From positions 281,763 through 345,762 of the forward strand of contig JBGLNM010000001.1 in assembly GCA_041299705.1 (NCBI GenBank): a stretch of DNA of 64,000 nt, given 5' to 3'. How positions within the stretch are numbered: the first letter of the stretch is position 1; every line of letters starts with the position of its first letter. The notes below the pieces were generated by a model, which saw only the letters and a program-made list of their open reading frames with translations, ran no database searches and was not told the origin of the DNA. The position numbers were made by a program, and so were the translations under genes. Below, piece after piece: positions 50,367 to 59,384 of the stretch. This DNA is from Desulfobacterales bacterium. GTDB lineage: Bacteria; Desulfobacterota; Desulfobacteria; Desulfobacterales; JBGLNM01.

Positions 50367-51597
50367 CTCGAATCACCTCCGACGGCTCGATCCTGGACAC
50401 CCGGTACGCGGCGAAAGCGGAGGCCGCAGCCCCCATGGCCGCGGTCAGGGCGACCGCCAGGACGAGGTGGCCCGGGGCCAGGCGGCAGACGTATTCGCCT
50501 TCGGAAAGGTACCGGCCGAACAGCCCGTTGATGGCAAGCGCCACGACCCCGTAAAGGGCGAAGGCGGAAAAGGTCCCCAGCAGGCTGGTGGCCAGGGACT
50601 GGACGATGGGAAAGCAGACGATGCTGCCGGTGGAAAACCCTATCAGGCGGATGATCCCCAGGTAGCGGCTCTTGCGGTTGACGTTGGCCAGGGCGCTGCT
50701 GGCCATGGAGGCGAAGTAGCCCGCAACGGCCACCAGGGCGATGAGGCCGAATATCAGGCCGAGGGAGCGGTCCAGGCTCCGGACCACTTCGATCTCCTCG
50801 GCCCGGGTGTAGATTTCCAGCCCCTGCCCGTTCAAGAGGTCCCGCAGCCGGGCGACGTCGTGGACCCCGCGGGCATACAGGCGGAAGCTGGGGTAGACGC
50901 GCTCCCCCTCCGGGAGCACGGGTCCGGGCCACCCGTAGGCGGGCACGCCGAACCCGTCGCGGTAGTCCTCGGTCGCCTGGAGCAGTTCCAGGCGCACGAA
51001 AGCCGCTTCGCGCTGAAACGCCTCGAGAGGCAGGACGGCGACGACATCCAGCTCCACCTGCACCTGCTCCTTGACCCCCTTCACCGCGCGGCCCACCAGC
51101 CCGAAGACTTTCCCGCCCTCGGAGGCCCCGAGCTTCCGGGCAGCCGGCTCGGTGAGGACCAGGTCCGCGCGGGCGGCCGGGACCCGGGCCCATTTGAGCA
51201 GCAGCGGGTCTCCCTCGGCGGTGGGGATCAGGTCGACCGCCACGGTGCTGGACCGGTCCCCCAGGCCCGCGCGCAGCACCATGTTGGCGGCGATGGAGCG
51301 GGTCTGGAAGATCACGAACGCCGTTTCGGGCCGGCGCGAGAGGGTGTCGAGCCAGGCCGCGTCGAAGCGGCCGGAGCCCACCGGCGAAATTTCGAGGTTG
51401 CGCGGGTCCCGCAGGAGGCGCTCGGTCATGGTGTCGATGATGCCGCTCTTGAGGCCGAAGAGCACCAGCAGGGGCGCCAGCACCGCCGCCAGGCCCATGA
51501 CCGCGCAGGCGGACAGCAGGCGTTCGTGCAGGTAGTCGCTCAGAGACAGGCGCGCCACCGTTTCGACGCCGGCGCGCTGGCTTCGGTCAGCGCTCAC
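50359..51597 (-). CDS. FtsX/MacB-like ABC permease, TagS-like
   Basis: APLLVLFGLKSG...RLLRDPRNLEI, FRLYA..VHDV, IIRLIG, RIEPSE; GTG start overlapping an upstream TGA. Confidence 0.8.
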   Translation of the reverse strand: MSADRSQRAGVETVARLSLSDYLHERLLSACAVMGLAAVLAPLLVLFGLKSGIIDTMTERLLRDPRNLEISPVGSGRFDAAWLDTLSRRPETAFVIFQTRSIAANMVLRAGLGDRSSTVAVDLIPTAEGDPLLLKWARVPAARADLVLTEPAARKLGASEGGKVFGLVGRAVKGVKEQVQVELDVVAVLPLEAFQREAAFVRLELLQATEDYRDGFGVPAYGWPGPVLPEGERVYPSFRLYARGVHDVARLRDLLNGQGLEIYTRAEEIEVVRSLDRSLGLIFGLIALVAVAGYFASMASSALANVNRKSRYLGIIRLIGFSTGSIVCFPIVQSLATSLLGTFSAFALYGVVALAINGLFGRYLSEGEYVCRLAPGHLVLAVALTAAMGAAASAFAAYRVSRIEPSEVIRDV

Positions 51598-51635
51598 GCA
51601 GCCTCCCCGCCCACCGTCGCCCGAACACATCCGCA
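51594..51635 (-). other. Probable last codons of an upstream ABC ATPase gene (TagT-like)
   Basis: VRATVGGEAA* ends in a GTGA overlap with the permease start; recalled to resemble TagT C-termini. Confidence 0.3.
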
Positions 51636-51639
51636 GCCG

Positions 51640-51975
51640 TATCGAAAAGAGGTCACGAAATTCCACCCCCCGTGGCTCACGGCGACGGACCATCCCTTCG
51701 CGCGGCGCGCCATGTCCGCGCTCCGGCGCATCGGGCAGAGCCCGGAGGTGCGATACTGGAAATTCGGCACCGACGGCAGCATGAGCGCCGCGCTCCTGGG
51801 AATCCCCACCATCGGGTACTCCGGGACCGAGGAAAAATATGCCCACACGCCCGAGGAGCGGGTCAGCATCGACATGATGGTAAAGTCCCTCGAGGGATAC
51901 CACGCCATCCTGGCCGATCTGCTGGCGGCTGACCCGTCATGCGGATGGAGTGCCGCCCCCCCTGCCCGGGTCTGA
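51640..51975 (+). CDS. M20-family (YgeY/ArgE-like) hydrolase, C-terminal fragment
   Basis: KFHPPW, YWKFGTDG, GIPTIGY, AHTPEERVS. Confidence 0.75.
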   Translation, partial: YRKEVTKFHPPWLTATDHPFARRAMSALRRIGQSPEVRYWKFGTDGSMSAALLGIPTIGYSGTEEKYAHTPEERVSIDMMVKSLEGYHAILADLLAADPSCGWSAAPPARV

Positions 51976-52004
51976 TCCCCGGCCGCGACAGAAGGAATCC
52001 GGCG

Positions 52005-52877
52005 ATGCCCGAGAGAGAGAACTCACTGCTCATCATCCGGCGCCTGCTGCCCTATCTCAACCCGGCCCTCAGGCGGGTGGGCCAGTATGCCCTGGCCAAC
52101 CCGGATGAGATCAAGACGCTCAAGATCCGCGAGCTGGCGGCCCTCTGCGGCGTCTCCGAGGCCACGGTGACGCGCTTCGTCAGGGAAATCGGCCTCAACA
52201 GCTACCAGAACTTCAAGATCAGCATGGCGCAAATCGCGCCCGAGACCGCCCTGGAGGCCAAGAGCGAGAAAAAGCTGGTGTACGACGACGTCAACAAGGA
52301 CGACAGCATCGCGCAGATCGTGGACAAGATCGCCTTTCGCAACATCGAGGCCATGCGGGACACGCGCGGGGCCATCAACCCGGCCGAAATCGAGCGCGCG
52401 GTGGCGGCCATCCACCGGGCCGACTTCGTGGTGCTCTACTGCGTGGGGACATCCACCATCGCCGCGGAAAGCGCCAAGATGAGGTTTTACCGGATCGGCA
52501 AGCAATGCAGCGTCTACAACGACCCGGCCCACCTGGCCGTGAGTTCCGCTCTTTTGAAGAAAGGCGACGTCGCCATCGGCATCAGCAATTCGGGCAGCAC
52601 GCTTTTCACGGTGAACGCCCTGAAGATCTCGAAGGAAAACGGGGCCACCACCATCTGCATCACCAACTACGACGACTCGCCCATCACCCTTTTCAGCGAC
52701 ATCCGGCTGTTCACCGCCGCAAAGGAATCCTCCTTTTTCGAGGAATCCCTGCTGTCCCGCGTGGCCCAGATCCTGATGGTCGACATCCTCTATGCCTGCT
52801 GCGCCTCCAGGAACTACGACAACTCCATCCGCCTCCTGGAAAAGTCCGCCGCCGCCATCAAAAAAGCCCTGCATTGA
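52005..52877 (+). CDS. RpiR/MurR-family transcriptional regulator (HTH + SIS)
   Basis: ELAALCGVSEATVTRF..IG..SYQ.FK, GISNSGST, ITNY.DSPI, SRVAQ. Confidence 0.93.
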   Translation: MPERENSLLIIRRLLPYLNPALRRVGQYALANPDEIKTLKIRELAALCGVSEATVTRFVREIGLNSYQNFKISMAQIAPETALEAKSEKKLVYDDVNKDDSIAQIVDKIAFRNIEAMRDTRGAINPAEIERAVAAIHRADFVVLYCVGTSTIAAESAKMRFYRIGKQCSVYNDPAHLAVSSALLKKGDVAIGISNSGSTLFTVNALKISKENGATTICITNYDDSPITLFSDIRLFTAAKESSFFEESLLSRVAQILMVDILYACCASRNYDNSIRLLEKSAAAIKKALH

Positions 52878-53087
52878 CCCCCCCGTCCGCATTCGGGCGC
52901 CGGGAAACGGCTCAGGGGAACCTCTCCGCCGTCGATGCCGGACCCCTTCAAGCCAATGGATCCGGCTGTTGGAATCGCCTGTCAAAAATGGCTTCGCTGG
53001 GGTATAATCACAAATCAAGGAGTTGACGCAACCTGCGTCGGCCGCCCCGGTCCGCGACGGTCCGCGCGCGGACGCATGGAAGGGCCC

Positions 53088-53438
53088 ATGGATCAGGACG
53101 TCTTCACGGTTAGAATCCCGGCCGAGCTCTACCGCGAACTGCGCGAGTACTGCGACCGGATCGGCGTGGCTTTCGTCGATTTCGTCGAGGACGCCCTCGA
53201 AAAGGCCACCTACCGCGACGAGATGGAGCTGCTGCTGCGCGATGAGGCCGAAATGAAAAAAAAGATCGCCTCCGAGCGGGCCTCGTCCCTCAATCGCGGG
53301 TTCAGCCTGGGGGTGATGGCCGCGACCCTGTCGATCCAGGGCGTTGCGGCCCTCGGCGAATCCCTCACGCCGGAGGGGGCCGGGGAGGTTCTTTTTTTCC
53401 GCCAGGCCGTCGGCGAGCAGATGAAGCTGTTCGAGTGA
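53088..53438 (+). CDS. Hypothetical protein with an N-terminal ribbon-helix-helix-like motif
   Basis: FTVRIPAELYRELREYC (beta-alpha pattern); TATAAT at 53003-53008 upstream. Confidence 0.55.
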   Translation: MDQDVFTVRIPAELYRELREYCDRIGVAFVDFVEDALEKATYRDEMELLLRDEAEMKKKIASERASSLNRGFSLGVMAATLSIQGVAALGESLTPEGAGEVLFFRQAVGEQMKLFE

Positions 53439-53667
53439 GGGGGGCTATTCCCCCCGGCTGAGACGCCGGGGTTCAGGGACCGTCGGTTTACGGTCCTGAC
53501 CGTCTGCCGGCTTCCAACCCAGTCCGCCCCCATTCCTCCGCTGCGCCCCCCTTGCCTTTCGGGCTTCCACGGTGGATAACTTTTGGTTATTGCAAGCTTA
53601 ACGGCATGCCGGCAGGCGCAATTTCAACCCCCTTGAAAAATATTTTTCAAAAAACCAAATATTTAGC

Positions 53668-53696
53668 TTGCCTTGTGCGCCAAGCGGGATTACATT
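53668..53696 (+). promoter_or_regulatory. Putative sigma70 promoter of the cold-shock gene (about 115-nt 5' UTR)
   Basis: TTGCCT, 17 bp spacer, TACATT, preceded by an AT-rich UP-like tract. Confidence 0.6.
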
Positions 53697-53819
53697 GTCT
53701 TCATCAATCAAGCCCCCTTCTCGATCCGGGGCGGTTTCTTCGTGAAGGGATTATCCATTTGCGAAAGTGGCATCCTCCAGGAAGTGACGTTGAAATTCTA
53801 AAGAAAGGAGGATGTTAAC

Positions 53820-54020
53820 ATGGCAACTGGAACTGTCAAGTGGTTCAACGATCACAAAGGGTTCGGATTCATTGAGCAGGAAACCGGATCGGACGTGTTT
53901 GTCCATCATTCGGCGATCAACGCGTCCGGGTTCAAGTCCCTCAAGGAAGGCGACAAGGTTTCCTTCGAAGTCACTCAGGGGCAAAAAGGCCCTGCGGCGG
54001 CGAACGTCACCGTGATCTAG
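53820..54020 (+). CDS. cspA: Cold-shock protein
   Basis: [35 protein letters not shown]; AAGGAGG RBS. Confidence 0.97.
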   Translation: MATGTVKWFNDHKGFGFIEQETGSDVFVHHSAINASGFKSLKEGDKVSFEVTQGQKGPAAANVTVI

Positions 54021-54031
54021 GCACCGGTTTC

Positions 54032-54070
54032 AAAAAAGGGCATCCCCTGCACAGGGGATGCCTTTTTTTT
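54032..54070. terminator. Bidirectional intrinsic terminator
   Basis: AAAAAA-GGGCATCCCCTG-CA-CAGGGGATGCC-TTTTTTTT between convergent genes. Confidence 0.92.
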
Positions 54071-54109
54071 GGCCGTTCGTCCCGCCCCCCGCACCGCCCC
54101 GGGAGGAAC

Positions 54110-55351
54110 TCAGCCGGCCGGCTCACCGGGCGCGCAAGCGCCTCCGGTATACTCGATCGCCAGCAGGCTCATGTCGTCCTCCGGCGGGGTCGCGCCGCGA
54201 AGCGTCCTGGCGCGCTCGAACAGCGCGTCGACCCAATCCTGAAGCCCGGGCCGGCGGGCATCCCCCAAGTGCCGGTAAAACCTCTCCTTGCACTCCCCCC
54301 CGCTGCCCACGCCGAAATTGTCGATCAGCCCGTCGGTGCAGAGAATGAAGCGGTCGCCGCGTTCCAGCCGGCGCTCCTCCTGGCCGAAGGGCGTGCCGAA
54401 GCCCGCGCCGATCACCGTCCCGTGGCGTTCCAGGACCTCCAGCCGCCCGTCGGACCTCAGGATCAGGGGCGGAACGTGGCCGGCATTGCTGTAGACCAGC
54501 CGGCCGGTGCCGGTGTCGAGCGTGGCGCAGGCGATGGTGAAGTAGCAGTCGAAACGGTCCAGGGGGAATGCGCTGTCCAGGCGGCCCATGACCTCCTCGG
54601 GGCTGAACGGCCTGCCTGTCTGGCGCATGCGGCTGTGCAGGCTGTGGAGGAACTGGGAGACGGTCACCGCCACCAGGGCCGCGGAGACCCCGTGGCCGCA
54701 AACATCCAGCACGTAGAGGCTGAGCCGGTCCTCGGCGTTGAGGTAGATCTGGAAAATGTCGCCGCCGATCCGGCTGCAGGGCTCGAAACGCCAGGCGGCG
54801 CGGGTGCCGGGGAGGCTGGGCGCCTTGTCGGGCAGAAGGCTTTTCTGGATCTCGTAGGCGGCGGCGAGATCCCGGTCGATCTGCTCCTTTTTCTTTTCCA
54901 GCTCTCGCTTCTGCCTTTCCCTCTCTGTGAGGTCGTAGATGATCACCAGGGTCATGCGGCGGCCCCTGAACCGAATGCGCCGGGCGCTGAACTCCAGAAA
55001 TTTCGTGACCGGCCGGCCGTCGATGTAAAAGACCCGTTCCAGGCGCCTGCGGTCCACGGGGGCAGCTTCCATCAGGGTCTGGATCAGGGTTTTCTTGAGC
55101 ACGCAGTTAGCGCACTGGGACGTCTCGCCGCAGGACTTTTTTTCCAGCACCGCATTGACGCAGCCCGCGACCCGGCCGAAGGAACCTCCGCCCTGGAACC
55201 CGCCGGCACGGTCGAACAGCCCCAGGAAGCTCCTGTTGAACTGGTGGATCTGCAGTTTTTCGTCGGCGACCAGCACGGCGGCATCGATGTTGTCCAGCAG
55301 CAGGTTCAGAAATTCGCTCGATTCCTTCAGGTCGTCGAGTTCGATGGGCAT
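54110..55351 (-). CDS. Cytoplasmic PAS-like + SpoIIE (PP2C) phosphatase
   Basis: IGGDIF, LDVCGHGV, NAGH.PP, TDGL, EDDMS; Cys cluster in GCVNA...CGETSQCANC. Confidence 0.87.
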   Translation of the reverse strand: MPIELDDLKESSEFLNLLLDNIDAAVLVADEKLQIHQFNRSFLGLFDRAGGFQGGGSFGRVAGCVNAVLEKKSCGETSQCANCVLKKTLIQTLMEAAPVDRRRLERVFYIDGRPVTKFLEFSARRIRFRGRRMTLVIIYDLTERERQKRELEKKKEQIDRDLAAAYEIQKSLLPDKAPSLPGTRAAWRFEPCSRIGGDIFQIYLNAEDRLSLYVLDVCGHGVSAALVAVTVSQFLHSLHSRMRQTGRPFSPEEVMGRLDSAFPLDRFDCYFTIACATLDTGTGRLVYSNAGHVPPLILRSDGRLEVLERHGTVIGAGFGTPFGQEERRLERGDRFILCTDGLIDNFGVGSGGECKERFYRHLGDARRPGLQDWVDALFERARTLRGATPPEDDMSLLAIEYTGGACAPGEPAG

Positions 55352-55737
55352 GGGACCTCGCTTTGCCGTGTCACCGTTTCCGGGATTGACTTGCCCCGGC
55401 TGCCGCGGCGGGAATGGGCGAAGCCTTCCCCCGCGCTCCCGGGGCATGCTAACCGCCGGGCCCCGGAAAAGCCTTGACCCAAGTCAAGCAGGCGTGCGCG
55501 CCGCACCGCTTCCATCATTGTGCCCATCCCCGGCAGCCTGTCAAGTCCTGGTTGCGGATGGCTTTTCCCCAAACCCCCGCGCGAAAAATGCTGAAAATGC
55601 CGATTCACTTGACGCCGCGACGGCTATCGGGTATGGGGATCATCGTCGGGCAAAAGACAGCCGGGCCGGGTTCGCCTTCACGGGGAAAGCGGTTGCGCCC
55701 GGGGGCACGGGGATGCGGCACGACCGCCAGGGTGCAT

Positions 55738-58044
55738 ATGCTGCGCAACAGACACCTGATCTTTTTCTCCCTTGCCCTCGTGCTGTTTGCGCACCCGGCC
55801 CACGGGCAGGACGGCGACCGGCTCGGCAAAAAGCACGTGCTGCTGCTCAACTCCTACAACAAGGGCTACACGTGGACCGATGCGGAGACCGCCGGCGTCG
55901 AGGCCGTTTTCGCGCCTCACCCGGACATCGTCCTGCGCGTCGAGTACATGGACGCCAAAATCCTGAACAGCGATGCCTATTACCAACGCCTCAAGGACCT
56001 CTACGCCCTCAAGTACGCCCGGCACCCCTTCGACGTGATCGTCTCCACCGACGACGACGCCTTCAATTTTCTCGTCCGCTACCGCGACGAGGTCTTCGCC
56101 AACACCCCGGTGGTGTTCTGCGGGGTCAACGACTTCGACCCCTCCAGGGTCGCCGGCTTTCCCCTCTGCACCGGCGTGAATGAATCCGCGGACTTCAGGG
56201 CCAACCTGGCCCTCATGGCACGGCTGCACCCGGGCGGCAGGCGCGTCGTCGTCATCAACGACAGCCTGACGACGGCGCGCTCCCTGCGGGCCGAATTCGA
56301 CGCGGCGGCGGCCGGGTTCAAGGAGCGCTTCGAATTCGTCCACGTCGACGACATCCCGATGGAGGATCTTCTCGACCGGCTCAAACGCCTCCCCGGCGAC
56401 AGCCTGGCCTTCTACCTTTCCTTTTTCAGGGACGGCGCCGGCCGGGCCTACGCGCCGGAGGAGGCCCTGCCGGCCATAGCGGCCGCCGCGCCCGTGCCGG
56501 TTTACGGCGCCGTGGACTACATGCTCGGAAACGGCATCGTCGGCGGCATGCTCAAGAGCAGCCGCTACCAGGGGGAGACCGCAGCCAGGCTGGCCCTCAG
56601 GATCCTGCGGGGCGAACCGGTGGGCGCAATCCCGGTGGTCACCGCCAGCCCCAACCAGTACATGTTCGATTACCGCCGGCTGAAGCCCTTCGGCATCCGC
56701 CTCTCGGAGCTGCCCGCAGGCAGCCTCATCGTCAACGAGCCCCAGACTTTCTACTACAAGTACAGGAAGATGATCTGGGCCGCCTTCGGCGTCTTCTCCA
56801 CCATGGCGCTCTACATCGTCTTCCTGCTGTTCAACATCCGCAAGCGCATCCGCGCCCAGCGGGGCCTGCAGTCCATCATCGGCATGACGGCGTCCATTTT
56901 CGACTACCACTCCCTCAAGGGCTTCAAGGCGGAACTGGTGGCCCGCCTGAGCACCCTTCTGCCCCTGAAGTCCGATCTGCGCCTCTTCAAATGCGTCTCG
57001 AACCCTGGGGGCCGGGAAAAGACCCTGGTCCCGGTGGATGCGGAGCCGGAGACCGATGCCGCTGCCGCCGATGCCGGGCTTTCACCCCAGGCCGAGGAGC
57101 TGATCGCGTGCTCCATGCGCGAGGAAAGGTGCCTGGTGAAGCGCAGGGACGCCGTGGCCTTCATCCGCAGCGACTACTCGCCCGGCAGGCTGGTGTTTTT
57201 CAGGGGCAGGAAATATTTCGACGCCCTCGACCGGGACCTGCTTGAAATCTTCGCCAACACCATCTCCATGTCCATCGAAAACCTCCAGAAGCTCAGGATC
57301 GAGGAATCGCTGGAAACCGCCCGGCGCATCCAGATGAGCATGCTGCCGACATCCTTCGGGGAGTTTTCACGAAAATTCGACCTGGACCTGTTCGCCTATC
57401 TCCTGCCGGCCAGGGAGGTGGGGGGGGACTTCTACGATTTTTTCGCCATCGACGAAACCCGCCTCTGCGTCACCGTGGGGGATGTGTCTGACAAGGGCAT
57501 ACCGGCGGCGCTCTTCATGTCCATGACCAAGAGTCTGATCCGGGTGGCGGCGGAGGGCAACCCCTGCCCCGAAAGGATCCTGGCCAGGGTCAACGACGAG
57601 CTGAGCCGGGAGAACGAACAGTCCATGTTCGTGACGGTTTTCGTGGCCGTCCTGGACCTGGGAACCGGGAGGCTGGCCTACGCCACCGCCGGCCACTCCC
57701 CGCCCTACATCATGGAGGCCGGGGGCGGTTTCCGCAAGCTCACCACCCCAACGGACGTCGCCCTGGGAATCGTCGAGGGGGCGGCGTATCGCTCCCGCGA
57801 AACCCGCCTGGGCCCGGGCGAGGGGCTCTTCCTCTATACCGACGGGGTGACCGAGGCCGCCAACGGCACAGGTGAGTTTTTCGACGAGAAGAACCTGGAA
57901 GCGGTGCTGGGCGTCAACGGCGGCGGCGCCTCCAAGGCCCTGATCGAAGCGGTCACGGACTCGCTGCGCGGGTTTGTCGCCGATGCGCCCCAGTCGGACG
58001 ACATCACGATGCTCTGCATCCGGAGAAACGGCCATGCCCGCTGA
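55738..58044 (+). CDS. Membrane sensor phosphatase: periplasmic ABC-substrate-binding-like domain, TM, DUF3369-like linker, SpoIIE (PP2C)
   Basis: Signal peptide; VLLLNSY, PVVFCGVN; TM MIWAAFG...; DRDLLEIF...ENL; VGGDFYD, GDVSDKG, AGHSPP, TDGVTEA, QSDDIT. Confidence 0.87.
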   Translation: MLRNRHLIFFSLALVLFAHPAHGQDGDRLGKKHVLLLNSYNKGYTWTDAETAGVEAVFAPHPDIVLRVEYMDAKILNSDAYYQRLKDLYALKYARHPFDVIVSTDDDAFNFLVRYRDEVFANTPVVFCGVNDFDPSRVAGFPLCTGVNESADFRANLALMARLHPGGRRVVVINDSLTTARSLRAEFDAAAAGFKERFEFVHVDDIPMEDLLDRLKRLPGDSLAFYLSFFRDGAGRAYAPEEALPAIAAAAPVPVYGAVDYMLGNGIVGGMLKSSRYQGETAARLALRILRGEPVGAIPVVTASPNQYMFDYRRLKPFGIRLSELPAGSLIVNEPQTFYYKYRKMIWAAFGVFSTMALYIVFLLFNIRKRIRAQRGLQSIIGMTASIFDYHSLKGFKAELVARLSTLLPLKSDLRLFKCVSNPGGREKTLVPVDAEPETDAAAADAGLSPQAEELIACSMREERCLVKRRDAVAFIRSDYSPGRLVFFRGRKYFDALDRDLLEIFANTISMSIENLQKLRIEESLETARRIQMSMLPTSFGEFSRKFDLDLFAYLLPAREVGGDFYDFFAIDETRLCVTVGDVSDKGIPAALFMSMTKSLIRVAAEGNPCPERILARVNDELSRENEQSMFVTVFVAVLDLGTGRLAYATAGHSPPYIMEAGGGFRKLTTPTDVALGIVEGAAYRSRETRLGPGEGLFLYTDGVTEAANGTGEFFDEKNLEAVLGVNGGGASKALIEAVTDSLRGFVADAPQSDDITMLCIRRNGHAR

Positions 58045-58825
58045 GAACGACGCGACCGAAGCCGGCCGCGCATCGGGGAAGGTTCTCGACCTGCCCTGGC
58101 GCAGCGCCAAGCCGAGGCGATCCGGGCTGACGGCCATCACCGACAACGGCATCCCGGCCGGCGAGCTGGCCCTGATCCTGGAAAGCTACCACCTGTTCAT
58201 CGACCTGGCCAAGATCGGGGTCGGGTCGGCGTACCTGGAGCCCAGGCTCGGCCAGAAGCTGCGTCTCTACGGGGACTTCGGCATCCCGGTCTATTTCGGC
58301 GGCACCCTCTTCGAGAAATACCACGCCCAGGGGCGCCTGGACGCTTACCTGCGGTGGCTCGAGTCCCTGAAGGTTTCGTGGCTCGAGGCATCCAACGGCA
58401 TCACCGCCGTCGCCACCGAGGAGATGGCCGGCCTGATCGGGAAGGTCGCCCGCCATTTCAACGTCCTGGCCGAGGTGGGGAAAAAAAAGGCCCGCGAGGG
58501 GCTGTCCCCGGGCGAATGGGTCGCGGCGGGCCGCGCCTACCTCCAGGCCGGCTGCCGCTACGTCGTGCTGGAGGGGCGCCACACGGCGGATGTCGGCATC
58601 TACGACGCGGGCGGAACCCTGCTGACCGGCCTGGTCAAGCGCATCACCGCGGACATCGACCCGGTCAGGATCATCTTCGAGGCCCCCACGGCCCACAGCC
58701 AGAACCAGCTCATCAACCTCATGGGAACCAACGTCAACCTCGGCAACGTCTTTGTCCGCGACCTCCTCCTGCTCGAATCCCAGCGCCGGGGGCTGCGGGA
58801 GGAAACGTTCTTCATTGGCGGATAG
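58034..58825 (+). CDS. comA: Phosphosulfolactate synthase (ComA/CoM-biosynthesis protein A family)
   Basis: KPR..GLT...D.G, IDLAKIG.GS, GGTLFE, EASNG, EVGKK, LEGR, IIFEAP, NVNLGNV, LESQRRGLR.ETF. Confidence 0.85.
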   Translation: MPAENDATEAGRASGKVLDLPWRSAKPRRSGLTAITDNGIPAGELALILESYHLFIDLAKIGVGSAYLEPRLGQKLRLYGDFGIPVYFGGTLFEKYHAQGRLDAYLRWLESLKVSWLEASNGITAVATEEMAGLIGKVARHFNVLAEVGKKKAREGLSPGEWVAAGRAYLQAGCRYVVLEGRHTADVGIYDAGGTLLTGLVKRITADIDPVRIIFEAPTAHSQNQLINLMGTNVNLGNVFVRDLLLLESQRRGLREETFFIGG

Positions 58826-59345
58826 CAAAACGGCCCTGGTGCGGCATTTTTCGACCCGCTACAACCGCGAGGGGCGGCTGCAGGGCCGGCGCGACATCCC
58901 CATCGCGGGCCCCGACCCGGGGGAAAAGGCGGCCATGGCCCGCAACCGGGACCTGCTGGCCCGCATCGGGCCCTTCGAGCGCGTGCTGGCCAGTTCACTG
59001 CAGCGCACCCGGATGACCGCCGCCTGCTACGGCTTGGCTTACCGGGTCGAGCCGCTCCTGGACGAACTGGATTTCGGCCCCTACGAGGGCTGGTCCCGGG
59101 CCGACTTCATCCGCGCCGTGGGGCCCCTCTGGTACCAGGCCCCCCAGCGCCTGACCCTGGGCGAGCCGCTGACCGCGCTCCAGGAACGCATAGAACGCTT
59201 CGCAGCCCGCTACAGGGCCGACGCCCGGGTCCTGGCCTTCGGCCACGGGGCCTGGATCCGGGCCTTTGTCAGCCTGCACCGTTTCGGCACCATCGCCCGC
59301 ATGAACCGGTTGCGGGTGGACAACAACGACATCGTGGTGGTCTGA
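58815..59345 (+). CDS. Histidine phosphatase (phosphoglycerate-mutase-like family)
   Basis: LVRHFST..N...RLQG..DIP, SSLQRT..TA, LDELDFG.YEG, FGHGAWIR; TTG start overlaps the comA stop. Confidence 0.85.
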   Translation: MADSKTALVRHFSTRYNREGRLQGRRDIPIAGPDPGEKAAMARNRDLLARIGPFERVLASSLQRTRMTAACYGLAYRVEPLLDELDFGPYEGWSRADFIRAVGPLWYQAPQRLTLGEPLTALQERIERFAARYRADARVLAFGHGAWIRAFVSLHRFGTIARMNRLRVDNNDIVVV

Positions 59346-59384
59346 CCGCGCGGCCCCGTTCCCCGCCCCATCCAAGGAGTCGAC

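Noticed and set aside
54110-58044. The two divergent SpoIIE phosphatases as a complete Rsb partner-switching locus
   Set aside because: No anti-sigma kinase, STAS anti-anti-sigma or sigma factor gene is present in this segment, so the output cannot be assigned.
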